Below are positions 1 to 8,595 of a stretch of 53,795 nucleotides of DNA, piece by piece. The number at the start of each line of letters is the position of its first letter. The stretch's first letter is position 1. Origin of the DNA: a virus; the UHGV virus genome UHGV-0191815. One strand, 5' to 3'. The notes under the pieces are model-generated. The model was not told the DNA's origin. It saw only the letters and a program-made list of their open reading frames with translations, and did not search any database. A program made the translations under genes and the position numbers.

Positions 1-1
1 A

Positions 2-1363
2 GCCTCAATAAGCAATCTTGAAAGTAAAACTGACGCCAGCGTTTCACGTCTCGATCAGGCTATCGCTGACGAATCCAGCGCACGCAGCCAGGCAGTGAGC
101 AACGTTAACGCAAGCATTTCAACGCTCGACAAGAAAACCGACGCCAGCGTTAAACGCCTGGATCAGGCTATTGCTGACGAGGCCAGCGCACGCGCTGAAG
201 CTATCAGTGGTGTGAATGCATCAATTTCAACACTTGATGGCAAGGTCACAAGCAACGTGACTCGTATTGACAAGGCCATTGCCGACGAAACGAAGGCGCG
301 CACTGACGCGATAAGTAACCTTAACTCATCGCTTACCAGTACGATTAACTCGAAGGTGTCTGAAGTGTCAACGGCGCTTTCCACGCATGAAGCATCAAGC
401 GCGGAAAAATTTAGCCAGATTTCAGCGTCTTTCGAATCTGTAAACTCAAGCATTACAGAATGGTCGCAGTCTATGGCAACGGCTGACGAGGCACTATCAA
501 GCAAAATCGATCAGCTAACAGTGACCGTTAACGGGAACACAACGGCAATAGAAACGACGTCAAAAGCGTTAACCGACTTCAAGGGCAATGTTGATGCGAC
601 GTACTCCATCAAGCTGGCAACCGACAACAACGGCATGAAATACGCAACAGGTATGTCACTTGGTTTAACTGGCAGCGGTACTAACGTTCAATCGCAGTGT
701 ATTTTCCTTGTTGACCGCTTCGTATTGATGACCGCAGCAAACGGCACATATACAACGCCTTTCTATGTGTCTAATGGTGCAATGTATGTGAAAGAAGCGT
801 TTATTAAAAACGCATCAATAGGAACGGCTAAAATCGCAGATGCAGCCATTACTACGGCTAAAATTGCACAGCAGATACAGTCAACCAATTACGCCGCAGG
901 ATCTTCCGGGTGGATGATTAACAAAAACGGTAGCGCGGAGCTTAACAACGTAACGGTAAGAGGAACAGTGTATGCCAGCAGCGGTAAGTTCTCCGGGTCA
1001 CTTGAGGCTAAGACCTTTATCGGTGACGTTGCGAATATGTATACTGGATCTGACGTTAGCAGATTAGCCGATGGCGTACTGGAAAAAACAATAACATACA
1101 ATGACACATCTGACGCAGCGCACAGCCGACATATCTGCGTTATGGCAAACGTCAAAGGTTTTGGTGGCTGTACGATAATCATCGGCAGTTCAGAGAAAAG
1201 CCTATCTATGTCTGGCGACGAGCGCCTTGTTATGCACTCATCATCGGTAACTAGCAAGAGCGTTACAGTTAAAATTAGGGTATCCGCTCAAAATGGTAGG
1301 GGGGCTTATATAAATTCACCGACCGTCATTGTGTCGCGCGGTTCTGGTTCATTCTCAGGATAA
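2..1363 (+). CDS. J: C-terminal part of J-like tail tip / host-specificity protein; open from the window start, probably the continuation of 50603..53795 across the circular junction
   Basis: Frame starting at nt 2 has no stop from the window edge; translation begins with 36-aa repeats (NASISTLDKKTDASVKRLDQAIADExSAR) that match the repeats at the window end; the ORF-track start at 95 is an internal GTG. Confidence 0.6.
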   Translation, partial: ASISNLESKTDASVSRLDQAIADESSARSQAVSNVNASISTLDKKTDASVKRLDQAIADEASARAEAISGVNASISTLDGKVTSNVTRIDKAIADETKARTDAISNLNSSLTSTINSKVSEVSTALSTHEASSAEKFSQISASFESVNSSITEWSQSMATADEALSSKIDQLTVTVNGNTTAIETTSKALTDFKGNVDATYSIKLATDNNGMKYATGMSLGLTGSGTNVQSQCIFLVDRFVLMTAANGTYTTPFYVSNGAMYVKEAFIKNASIGTAKIADAAITTAKIAQQIQSTNYAAGSSGWMINKNGSAELNNVTVRGTVYASSGKFSGSLEAKTFIGDVANMYTGSDVSRLADGVLEKTITYNDTSDAAHSRHICVMANVKGFGGCTIIIGSSEKSLSMSGDERLVMHSSSVTSKSVTVKIRVSAQNGRGAYINSPTVIVSRGSGSFSG

Positions 1364-1368
1364 AAAAC

Positions 1369-1395
1369 AACCCCGCTTCGCGCGGGGTTTTCTTT
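1369..1395. terminator. Bidirectional intrinsic terminator between the J-like gene and the convergent lipoprotein gene
   Basis: GC stem ccccgc/gcgggg (1371-1376, 1382-1387) with an A-run upstream and a T-run downstream. Confidence 0.55.
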
Positions 1396-1643
1396 TAGTA
1401 GTTAGCTACACAGTTCGACGGGCTACCGATGCGGCGCATGTTGTGATCGAGTTCATGACACCATTGCCCAGTATACGGCAGTTTTTCAGTGTCATAGACA
1501 AGATGACCGCTTCCATCATATACAACATCTTGTGGAATCACTCCGCTATTCGGCAGGTTATGCAATGCAGCCTCTTTGTCAACAGCACAGCCAGTAAGAG
1601 ATACAGCCGCAGCAAACAAAACCACTTTGAACACGTTTTTCAT
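1395..1643 (-). CDS. Small lipoprotein (82 aa); possibly a Cor-like superinfection-exclusion protein
   Basis: N-terminus MKNVFKVVLFAAAVSLTGC has a signal peptide and lipobox (LTG|C); it sits just after the receptor-binding tail genes on the opposite strand, the position Cor takes in FhuA-dependent phages. Confidence 0.55.
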   Translation of the reverse strand: MKNVFKVVLFAAAVSLTGCAVDKEAALHNLPNSGVIPQDVVYDGSGHLVYDTEKLPYTGQWCHELDHNMRRIGSPSNCVANY

Positions 1644-1820
1644 TTTTGAATCCTCATTCTTGTTTGCTCATCCGGTTCATCCGGTGGCTTAAATATCCGA
1701 CAAAACCACATTTCGTATATTGACATAAATCAACAAATACATTTTGTGTAAGCAGAAAATGCAACATAGATCACAAAATGGTAGAATTATTCCGTTAATT
1801 AACATAATGGAGTCATTGCG

Positions 1821-4604
1821 ATGATTTACACAACTGGAACAATTGCCATTAATGGCAACACTGTTAATGGCGCGGGGACAAACTTCTCCGAGCCGCTTTC
1901 TCTCATTCGTGTGGGCTGCACGCTTATTGCTATCAGCAACCCTATCCAGATCTTTACAGTTACAGAAATCAAGAGCAGCACAGAACTGTCAGTAACGCCA
2001 GCGGCTAACCCTGCAATTGCTGCCGGAACAAAATTTAGCATTCTGCTTTCCGACTCGATCTCAGTTGATGGGCTTGCTCAGGACGTAGCTGAAACGCTGC
2101 GTTACTACCAGGGCAAGGAATCAGAGATCGCAACGGCGGTCGAGTGGTGGAATGAGTTCGGCGGTGATGGTCAGATGGAGCAACTTCTTGCCGACATTCG
2201 CACAGAAACGGCGCAATCAACCGCCAACGCTCAAAAAACAGAATCAGACAAAAACGCAGCGGCATCATCAAAAACAGCAGCAGCAAACTCAGCAACCGCA
2301 GCAAAAGCGTCACAGGATGCAGCAAAAGCCAGTGAAACAGCATCCAGCAACAGCAAAAAAGCGGCGGCTACCAGTGAAACCAATGCGGCAAAATCAGCAG
2401 CCGATGCGCTTAACTATCGCAACCAGGCACAGGCCATCACCGGATCTAACATCGGTCTTTCCTCAAATCCTCGAGACTGCCCGGATATTTCAGGAAACCC
2501 ATCAGGTTATCTTGGCTTTCTGCGCATCATGGAAGGGGCTACCGGGTGGCCTTCTATTGCTTCAGGTGAGCGCTATTTGTCTGGCTTTATTTGCCCGACT
2601 TTAGGCAGTGTCCCGGCATTTTCTGGTCTTTTTATAGGGCATATTACCGGCAGTGCTTACACTTATAAGTGGAGCGAATCAACAGGACCGCAATGGGCTA
2701 GACACGCAAGAAAAGATGAATTAGATGAGAATAGCTCACCACAGTTCAGATCTGTAAGTTTAAAAAGAGTTAGTGACTCGACTACCGGATGGGTTGCAGG
2801 AGGTCTTTTATCTAGCGTTTTGGTTGGTACATCAGGATCAGAACGTGTTTACGGTGGACTATACCCTGAGACAAACCTTTCTTTGCCTGACCAATTAACA
2901 CTACATTTGAGATCTGGCGGCGTGAACAGATACGCAAGCCTTAACGTAAACGGTGAATTTATAGCTGACTCTTTCAAACCTAAAAACGCTGAACAGACAA
3001 GGAGAAACATCAACATCCCAACCATAGGCGGTGGCGAGATAATAACAATCGAAGCACCGGAAGGCGTTGAGGATGGGAAGTATTACCCTATAATTATAAA
3101 CGCCAGTTATTACAGCGCGTACATAACTGGCTATCAGATCGATATTGTTACAGCGTCTGGCGCAGGTAATTACCCAATGAACTGTAACACCTTTTCGGGG
3201 TATGTAAGGACTGGTGGGTGGAGCGACAGAAAAGACGGCGGTTATGGTTACTATAATCGTTATAGTGATAAAGAAATCGCTTTACAATCTATCTGCAGTT
3301 CCAGCAAAGACAAAGATAATTTGCTCTTTGTTTTTGTTGAAGCAAGGGCATTTCCTGTTAAAATGCGCTTGCCTGTAGGCGTAACAGCAGAAGCACCAGC
3401 GGCCCAGGTTGTGTATGATAGTGGTAAAGATACAGAAACGATAATCCCGTGGGGTGTATCAGATCCGCTTAGTTCATATAAAAACCTGCAGGTTATGTTT
3501 GACTTCAGGATGGGTCGGTGCGGCTTTTATTCTGCAACGACTGAAGGACTTTATTATATTTGTAGCGGTGGCAGGGTCGGCCTGTTTAACGGAATTACCG
3601 TTGGCGAAGAAATATCTATGACGATGCCAAAGCTAACTATAAATGGCATGATAGGATCATCTAATGGTTACGTTGCACAAACTGACGCTGATTGGAATGG
3701 TCAGCAGTCAGATGGCATAAGCAAGTTTAAACCTATTGCTGGCAATGTTAACACGCCTGAAAACAGCCTAACTTATGGTGGTTTTCATGTTGGATTTAGC
3801 AATAGCCACGCAACTCAATTCGCCGGGCGCAATTCAAAATTCTACGCAAGAAGTTTTGAGGCCGGAGTAGATAAAGGTTGGCGTAGGCTTGCGACGCTTA
3901 ACGATAATCTTGTGCAAAGGTGGACGGGATACCAGGAATTTAAATCAACTGATTTTTATTCCGATACATTCTCAAGAAAACTATCTTTTAAAGTAACAAC
4001 GTCGACAGTAAGAAACGGAGCATTCGAGCTTTGGGGTGATCCAAACAGACCTACCGTTCTTGAGTATAAAATAAGAAATCCAGAGACAGATACAGCACTA
4101 AAATATGCGTTTTACGCGCAACAGAATACTGATGATTCAATAGTATTCAACGTTAACGGCGCTGTGACATGTGTTACAGTGACCCAATCATCAGATCGCG
4201 ATCTGAAGGACAACATTCAGGTTATAGGTGACGCTACCGAAGCAATCCGTAAAATGAACGGGTACACCTACACGCTCAAGGAAAACGGCCTGCCTTACGC
4301 TGGTGTTATCGCTCAGGAGGTCATGGAAGCGCTGCCGGAAGCTGTTGGATCGTTTACTCATTACGGTGAAGCGTTACAAGGCCCAACAGTTGACGGCAAC
4401 GAGCTACGCGAAGAAACTCGTTACCTAAATGTTGATTATGCAGCGGTTACTGGTTTACTTGTCCAGGTGGCACGCGAAACAGATAACCGCGTCACAGAAC
4501 TGGAAGAAGAAAACGCCAGCCTGCGAGCCAACATTGCCGCAATGGATGAGCGCATCGCAAAACTTGAAGCGCTTGTCAGTAAGTTGACCGGAAGCGAAAA
4601 ATAA
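1821..4604 (+). CDS. Side tail fibre protein with C-terminal intramolecular chaperone (peptidase S74-like) domain
   Basis: 927 aa; N-terminus has Ala/Ser/Thr-rich fibre repeats (KAAATSETNAAKS); C-terminus has SDRDLKDNI...YTYTLKE...GVIAQEV...coiled coil, typical of self-cleaving fibre chaperone domains; RBS ggag upstream. Confidence 0.75.
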   Translation: MIYTTGTIAINGNTVNGAGTNFSEPLSLIRVGCTLIAISNPIQIFTVTEIKSSTELSVTPAANPAIAAGTKFSILLSDSISVDGLAQDVAETLRYYQGKESEIATAVEWWNEFGGDGQMEQLLADIRTETAQSTANAQKTESDKNAAASSKTAAANSATAAKASQDAAKASETASSNSKKAAATSETNAAKSAADALNYRNQAQAITGSNIGLSSNPRDCPDISGNPSGYLGFLRIMEGATGWPSIASGERYLSGFICPTLGSVPAFSGLFIGHITGSAYTYKWSESTGPQWARHARKDELDENSSPQFRSVSLKRVSDSTTGWVAGGLLSSVLVGTSGSERVYGGLYPETNLSLPDQLTLHLRSGGVNRYASLNVNGEFIADSFKPKNAEQTRRNINIPTIGGGEIITIEAPEGVEDGKYYPIIINASYYSAYITGYQIDIVTASGAGNYPMNCNTFSGYVRTGGWSDRKDGGYGYYNRYSDKEIALQSICSSSKDKDNLLFVFVEARAFPVKMRLPVGVTAEAPAAQVVYDSGKDTETIIPWGVSDPLSSYKNLQVMFDFRMGRCGFYSATTEGLYYICSGGRVGLFNGITVGEEISMTMPKLTINGMIGSSNGYVAQTDADWNGQQSDGISKFKPIAGNVNTPENSLTYGGFHVGFSNSHATQFAGRNSKFYARSFEAGVDKGWRRLATLNDNLVQRWTGYQEFKSTDFYSDTFSRKLSFKVTTSTVRNGAFELWGDPNRPTVLEYKIRNPETDTALKYAFYAQQNTDDSIVFNVNGAVTCVTVTQSSDRDLKDNIQVIGDATEAIRKMNGYTYTLKENGLPYAGVIAQEVMEALPEAVGSFTHYGEALQGPTVDGNELREETRYLNVDYAAVTGLLVQVARETDNRVTELEEENASLRANIAAMDERIAKLEALVSKLTGSEK

Positions 4605-4634
4605 GAGGTGATGTGCGAAGAACATCGCCGCGCG

Positions 4635-4662
4635 AAACGAGGCTAACGCCTCGTTTCTTTTT
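4635..4662 (+). terminator. Intrinsic terminator after the tail fibre gene
   Basis: Stem aaacgaggc / gcctcgttt with loop taac, followed by cttttt. Confidence 0.6.
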
Positions 4663-4917
4663 GTGTACCAAATTGTGACCAAATTGATAAATCAAAAACA
4701 AAAACAAAACATAACACATTGAATACAAATGAATTTTTCATTAAGTTATCCATTCAAAAGATAAGTAGGTAACGCCATTTCTATCATTTCACATCGTGTC
4801 ACATCGTCACCGCTTCACATTGATTTTAAAAGAAATATTTATTCTATCGTGTCATATCGTTCCCTATCGTGTTACTATCCATGCGTAAAATGTGTGTACC
4901 AAATAGTGACCAAAATT
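4662..4917 (+). promoter_or_regulatory. Integrase upstream region with repeats; candidate attP / arm-type binding sites
   Basis: Two near-identical 23-bp direct repeats tgtgtaccaaatWgtgaccaaa (4662-4684 and 4893-4915) flank an AT-rich stretch carrying short 10-bp-phased repeats (acatcgtgtc / acatcgtcac at 4791-4810; tatcgt at 4845, 4855, 4865). Confidence 0.35.
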
Positions 4918-6117
4918 ATGCTTACAGATACCAAATTACGAAACATTCACGGCAAGCCATACGACGGCCCGGAAGAAGTACCGGACGCTGGCGGATTGTC
5001 TGCCAGGATAAGCCCGCGCGGAGTTATATCTTTCCAGTATCGCTACCGATTCAACGGCAAGCCTCGACGGATGAAGATTGGCACATACGGAGAAATAACA
5101 CTCAAAGAAGCGCGGGCGGCGGTGGCGGAGCATAAGGAAGTGCTAAACTCAGGCCGAGATCCATCGGTAGCAAAAAGAATGCACCTTTCCCGCGTTACGA
5201 CACGGGCAACGGTTGAGGATATTGTAAGGGAGTACATGGAATCGCCGCAGGCAAGGAACATGGTCAATTATAAGCAGGTTGAGGCCATGCTAGATAAGCA
5301 CGTCATAAAACCATACGGTAGCTATATAGTCGATGATATGGACGCTATGATGTGGGAGGGGGTTTTTAGAAAGGTAGCCAGCGGTGGCGCACCAGTTCAG
5401 GCAGGTATAGTTCTCAACAGAATGAAGGCCGTAATAAAATACGCCATTCGCCGCCGCCGCGTGGATCGTGACGATATATCATTGCTGTGCGTTAAAGACG
5501 TTGGCAAAAAACCAGCGCAAGGCAAGCGAGTTTTGTCAATACAGGAGATCCACCGCCTAATCGGCCTTATAGACAGTTCAAAAATGGCGCGGCTGAATCA
5601 GATATTGATGAAGCTGATTATATTTACCGGGTGCAGGACAAGCGAACTGACAAACGCAAGGCGCGAGCATTTCGATCTTGATAGCTGCGTGTGGACGGTT
5701 CCTGGTGCATTGAGTAAGAACAGGAATGAGTTTAAGCGCGGTTTATCGGGCGTTAGCGTGGCTTTATTGCGTGAGGCTATGGATCTGCATAGCTTTAATT
5801 TTGTCTTCGTTCCTGTGCTTTCTGGAAGGGATGAGGCGGTGGATAGAAGTGTACCAAAAACAGCAGCTAGGGATTTAATGATGAGGATGGGCGGCGAGCC
5901 GTGGTCATGTCACGATCTACGCCGCACCGTGAGGACAAACCTTTCAGCGCTTGGCGTTGCGCCTCACGTCGCGGAAAAGGTTTTGGGGCACAAGCTGGCG
6001 GGAATGTTGGCTATATACGATCAGTATGACTATGTGAGGGAACAAATAGAGGCGATGAATAAGCTGGCTGATTATTACATGAAGCCCATTGACTTACAAA
6101 ATGAAATAACATCCTGA
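4918..6117 (+). CDS. int: Tyrosine integrase, P4-like family
   Basis: N-terminus MLTDTKLRNIHGKPYDGPEEVPDAGGLSARISPRGVISFQYRYRFNGKPRRMKIGTYGEITLKEARAAV matches the P4-type integrase N-terminal domain; C-terminal catalytic region has HDLRRT and Y; the ORF-track start at 4849 is an upstream extension. Confidence 0.85.
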   Translation: MLTDTKLRNIHGKPYDGPEEVPDAGGLSARISPRGVISFQYRYRFNGKPRRMKIGTYGEITLKEARAAVAEHKEVLNSGRDPSVAKRMHLSRVTTRATVEDIVREYMESPQARNMVNYKQVEAMLDKHVIKPYGSYIVDDMDAMMWEGVFRKVASGGAPVQAGIVLNRMKAVIKYAIRRRRVDRDDISLLCVKDVGKKPAQGKRVLSIQEIHRLIGLIDSSKMARLNQILMKLIIFTGCRTSELTNARREHFDLDSCVWTVPGALSKNRNEFKRGLSGVSVALLREAMDLHSFNFVFVPVLSGRDEAVDRSVPKTAARDLMMRMGGEPWSCHDLRRTVRTNLSALGVAPHVAEKVLGHKLAGMLAIYDQYDYVREQIEAMNKLADYYMKPIDLQNEITS

Positions 6118-6173
6118 TAACGGTAAAGAGAACCGCCGCGCTTTAATGCTGGCATCCCCTTAACGGGTTCAGG

Positions 6174-6206
6174 GAATGGAGTACCTGAATCCTTCCATTT
6201 TTTAAT
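6174..6206 (+). terminator. Putative terminator after int
   Basis: Short hairpin (aatgga...tccatt) followed by ttttttaat. Confidence 0.3.
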
Positions 6207-6291
6207 CAGCTTAAAAAATGCCGACTTACTCAGCCCGCCCAACATTTTTTGCACTTGCTCACGATTAATAAGGATTGTCCGACCTTATCCA

Positions 6292-6945
6292 TTATCTTTC
6301 CCCCGTGTATTCAACGTGTCCGATACATCCATCAATAATAGCTTGCGCCATATTGCGATAATCACGCGTAAATTCACTGTCACGGCTAAAGTCGATCTCG
6401 CTTGCCGCGTCGTTACCCATAACCTTAGTGGCAAGTGCGAACGCTATTCCAGCGAGCGCCTTTTCTTTAGGATCTACATACAGCCTGAAAGAGTATGATG
6501 CCAATGATTGAGGCTTCTCTTCACAATCATCTTCCTTGCTTTCACATATGCCCCATTTATCACCAACATATTTAAATTTAACGACATCGAGAACCCTCCC
6601 GCTCGTAAGACCTACACAATCAAGCCACACACCAACCGGAGGCTTTTCGCCTGCCAGCCATTCCGTTTTTTCTGGTTGCGTTTCGCAATCACTGCGCTCA
6701 TCTTCGATTAATTCATCAATGATTTCACTTTCTTTATTCATACCGTCATCATCCTTTTCAGAGAAACGTATAAAGCGCCACGTATTAGCCATCAACGTAT
6801 AAGATTCGCCGCCAACCTTAGATCCTGCGTAATACTCCGTACCAAAATCGTAATAGCTCGAAAACGTTGTCACTTCGAAAGGCGGAATATCAACGCGGAA
6901 CCTGTGAAGCATTGTGCCTATTGCACGAGGTGTTTTATTTGCCAT
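6292..6945 (-). CDS. Hypothetical acidic protein (217 aa); last gene of the minus-strand operon
   Basis: Long ORF with ordinary composition and an acidic central region (DELIEDERSDCETQPEKTE); start codon sits 2 nt downstream of the stop of the 58-aa gene. Confidence 0.55.
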   Translation of the reverse strand: MANKTPRAIGTMLHRFRVDIPPFEVTTFSSYYDFGTEYYAGSKVGGESYTLMANTWRFIRFSEKDDDGMNKESEIIDELIEDERSDCETQPEKTEWLAGEKPPVGVWLDCVGLTSGRVLDVVKFKYVGDKWGICESKEDDCEEKPQSLASYSFRLYVDPKEKALAGIAFALATKVMGNDAASEIDFSRDSEFTRDYRNMAQAIIDGCIGHVEYTGER

Positions 6946-6947
6946 AT

Positions 6948-7123
6948 TACGCCACCGTTACATTGTCAACTTTGATAAAGTATTCAGGGTGATTTTCTAT
7001 TTCGTGCTTGAAGTGCGCGTGACACAATCGCCACTCCCGCGCCTGGTTGTGGAAGTAATAAACATATTCGCCATCAATCTTATACAAAATGCCCGTAGGT
7101 TTAGCCATGTAGTAACGAACCAT
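6948..7123 (-). CDS. Hypothetical small protein (58 aa)
   Basis: MVRYYMAKPTGILYKIDGEYVYYFHNQAREWRLCHAHFKHEIENHPEYFIKVDNVTVA; its ATG overlaps the ninB stop (TAATG), suggesting translational coupling; not in the ORF track because it is under 60 aa. Confidence 0.4.
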
Positions 7124-7554
7124 TATTGCCCCCAGCGTTTTATAAATTCCTCGTTTAACTTAGTATCGCCAGACCACTGAACACCGTGTTCAGCGCCGAA
7201 CGAGTAGATCAGTTCGATTAATTCGATAAATTCTGCTTTACTCATTCTGCTTGTTGACGTACCCAGTACAACAAACCCTGATTTATCCAGGTTAGGGACA
7301 ACGCCATATTTCTTAAGTCCGGCAGTAAATACCGCTTTCCAGTCTTCCGGTGACAGCTTTTTCCCGTACCAATTGACCTGCTCGCTAACGTCTGTCAGCA
7401 GCGCCCAAAGCAACGCGTTTTGACTCAGTGAGCGGGTCTTCTCCTGGATGGTAATGACCAGCGGGCTTTTGCTATCAGGCTGGATCTCTCTTATCTGCCT
7501 GATAGCATTTTCTTTCACGGCGTCGTTTACTATCTCAAATCTAATTTGCCTCAT
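7123..7554 (-). CDS. ninB: NinB-like recombination protein (lambda NinB/Orf family)
   Basis: Collinear similarity to lambda NinB: ...PLVITIQEKTRSLSQNALLWALLTDVSEQVNWYGKKLSPEDWKAVFTAGLKKYGVVPNL...GFVVLGTSTSRMSKAEF. Confidence 0.8.
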   Translation of the reverse strand: MRQIRFEIVNDAVKENAIRQIREIQPDSKSPLVITIQEKTRSLSQNALLWALLTDVSEQVNWYGKKLSPEDWKAVFTAGLKKYGVVPNLDKSGFVVLGTSTSRMSKAEFIELIELIYSFGAEHGVQWSGDTKLNEEFIKRWGQ

Positions 7555-7748
7555 GATACACCGTTACTATTTTCACGCGGTGCACGCGCATACATGATTG
7601 CCCATAAAGAAATAAGCCTTGAACTAGACATAAAATCGTTTTTAAGTTTTTTCATATCAATGACGACAGGGCGATCAGGATCATCGCCTCGCATGTATTC
7701 CGCAATAGTGCTCATGTCTTCAACAGTCAAATCAAGTTCTTTGTCCAT
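7551..7748 (-). CDS. Hypothetical protein (65 aa, start MDKELDL)
   Basis: Internal ATG preceded by RBS aaggtgggg; the ORF-track 5' extension (7551..7832) overlaps the upstream gene. Confidence 0.45.
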   Translation of the reverse strand: MDKELDLTVEDMSTIAEYMRGDDPDRPVVIDMKKLKNDFMSSSRLISLWAIMYARAPRENSNGVS

Positions 7749-7758
7749 AATCCCCACC

Positions 7759-7965
7759 TTACACAATACGCATTGTTTTTCGTAATTCACCGCGCAACGC
7801 CTGCAACGCGTAATGAATAGGCACAAAAGCACGGTTAAATTTTACGTGCCTGTATTTGCGCATTAGTGGCGGCGTATAAACCATCGCGCCGCAAGGATCG
7901 CATGGGAATTTAAAGTGAGATTCGTCAATAAACGTTTCTACTGAATAAAAAATTACCCGTCTCAT
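7759..7965 (-). CDS. Hypothetical protein (68 aa)
   Basis: Tightly packed ORF in the operon; start overlaps the stop of the upstream gene. Confidence 0.4.
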   Translation of the reverse strand: MRRVIFYSVETFIDESHFKFPCDPCGAMVYTPPLMRKYRHVKFNRAFVPIHYALQALRGELRKTMRIV

Positions 7966-8519
7966 AATTCCAACCCCGTTTCGCCGTTAAGTTTTTCGAT
8001 CTCAAATACTGGTTTATCAGGTAGCAGGCCGTTATTTTTCCGGTATTCGTTCAGACGGCTGTCAAAGTCAAACGCCAAATCATTAGCGTGACCGAATCGC
8101 CCAGGTTTAAACAATGAGTAAAAGTTAACCCCGTGTCGGTTAGGGTCAACGCAAAGCGTTTCATCAATAACCATTAAACGCAGAGTCCGAGATAGATAAT
8201 TCCACGGAATACCCGTTTCCGCGCTAATGTCGCGCATACGCTTTTTAACGCTGTAGTCACCAAATAACGCAGCGACGCGCTCGCGACGTTCAGCATATAA
8301 CTGTTTAATACGATAACCAAGCAGTCTGCGGCGGCGTCCAAAACATGTATACACGCGCTCGACGATGCCGTTTTTTATTAAGTGTTTAATTGTCTCAGGC
8401 ATGATTCCATCCTTATCATACCCGACCAATAATCCTGTTTTCTGTCGTAACTGGTGCATTGTTGCGATGCCATCAAGTTCAAGGATATTGATAATTTTTG
8501 TTTCAATTTCAGCGCTCAT
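7962..8519 (-). CDS. Hypothetical protein (185 aa), possible winged-helix protein
   Basis: ORF with RBS gagg; immediately downstream of the helicase gene. Confidence 0.5.
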   Translation of the reverse strand: MSAEIETKIINILELDGIATMHQLRQKTGLLVGYDKDGIMPETIKHLIKNGIVERVYTCFGRRRRLLGYRIKQLYAERRERVAALFGDYSVKKRMRDISAETGIPWNYLSRTLRLMVIDETLCVDPNRHGVNFYSLFKPGRFGHANDLAFDFDSRLNEYRKNNGLLPDKPVFEIEKLNGETGLEL

Positions 8520-8595
8520 TTTTAGCCTCGTTTAAAACGCGATAACAGCCACCAGAAAGCGGTAAACTTTCCGGCAAGCTGTTTGCTAATATTGA

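Noticed and set aside
1329-1649. 106-aa plus-strand ORF overlapping the lipoprotein gene
   Set aside because: Antisense to an ORF with a clear signal peptide and lipobox, and spans a terminator hairpin; the minus-strand lipoprotein is the better call.
2152-2604. 150-aa plus-strand ORF rich in Q/K/R (MSSAVMVRWSNFLPTFAQKRRNQ...)
   Set aside because: Lies wholly inside the tail fibre gene in another frame and has low-complexity composition; an alternate-frame artefact of the Ala/Ser/Thr-repeat region.
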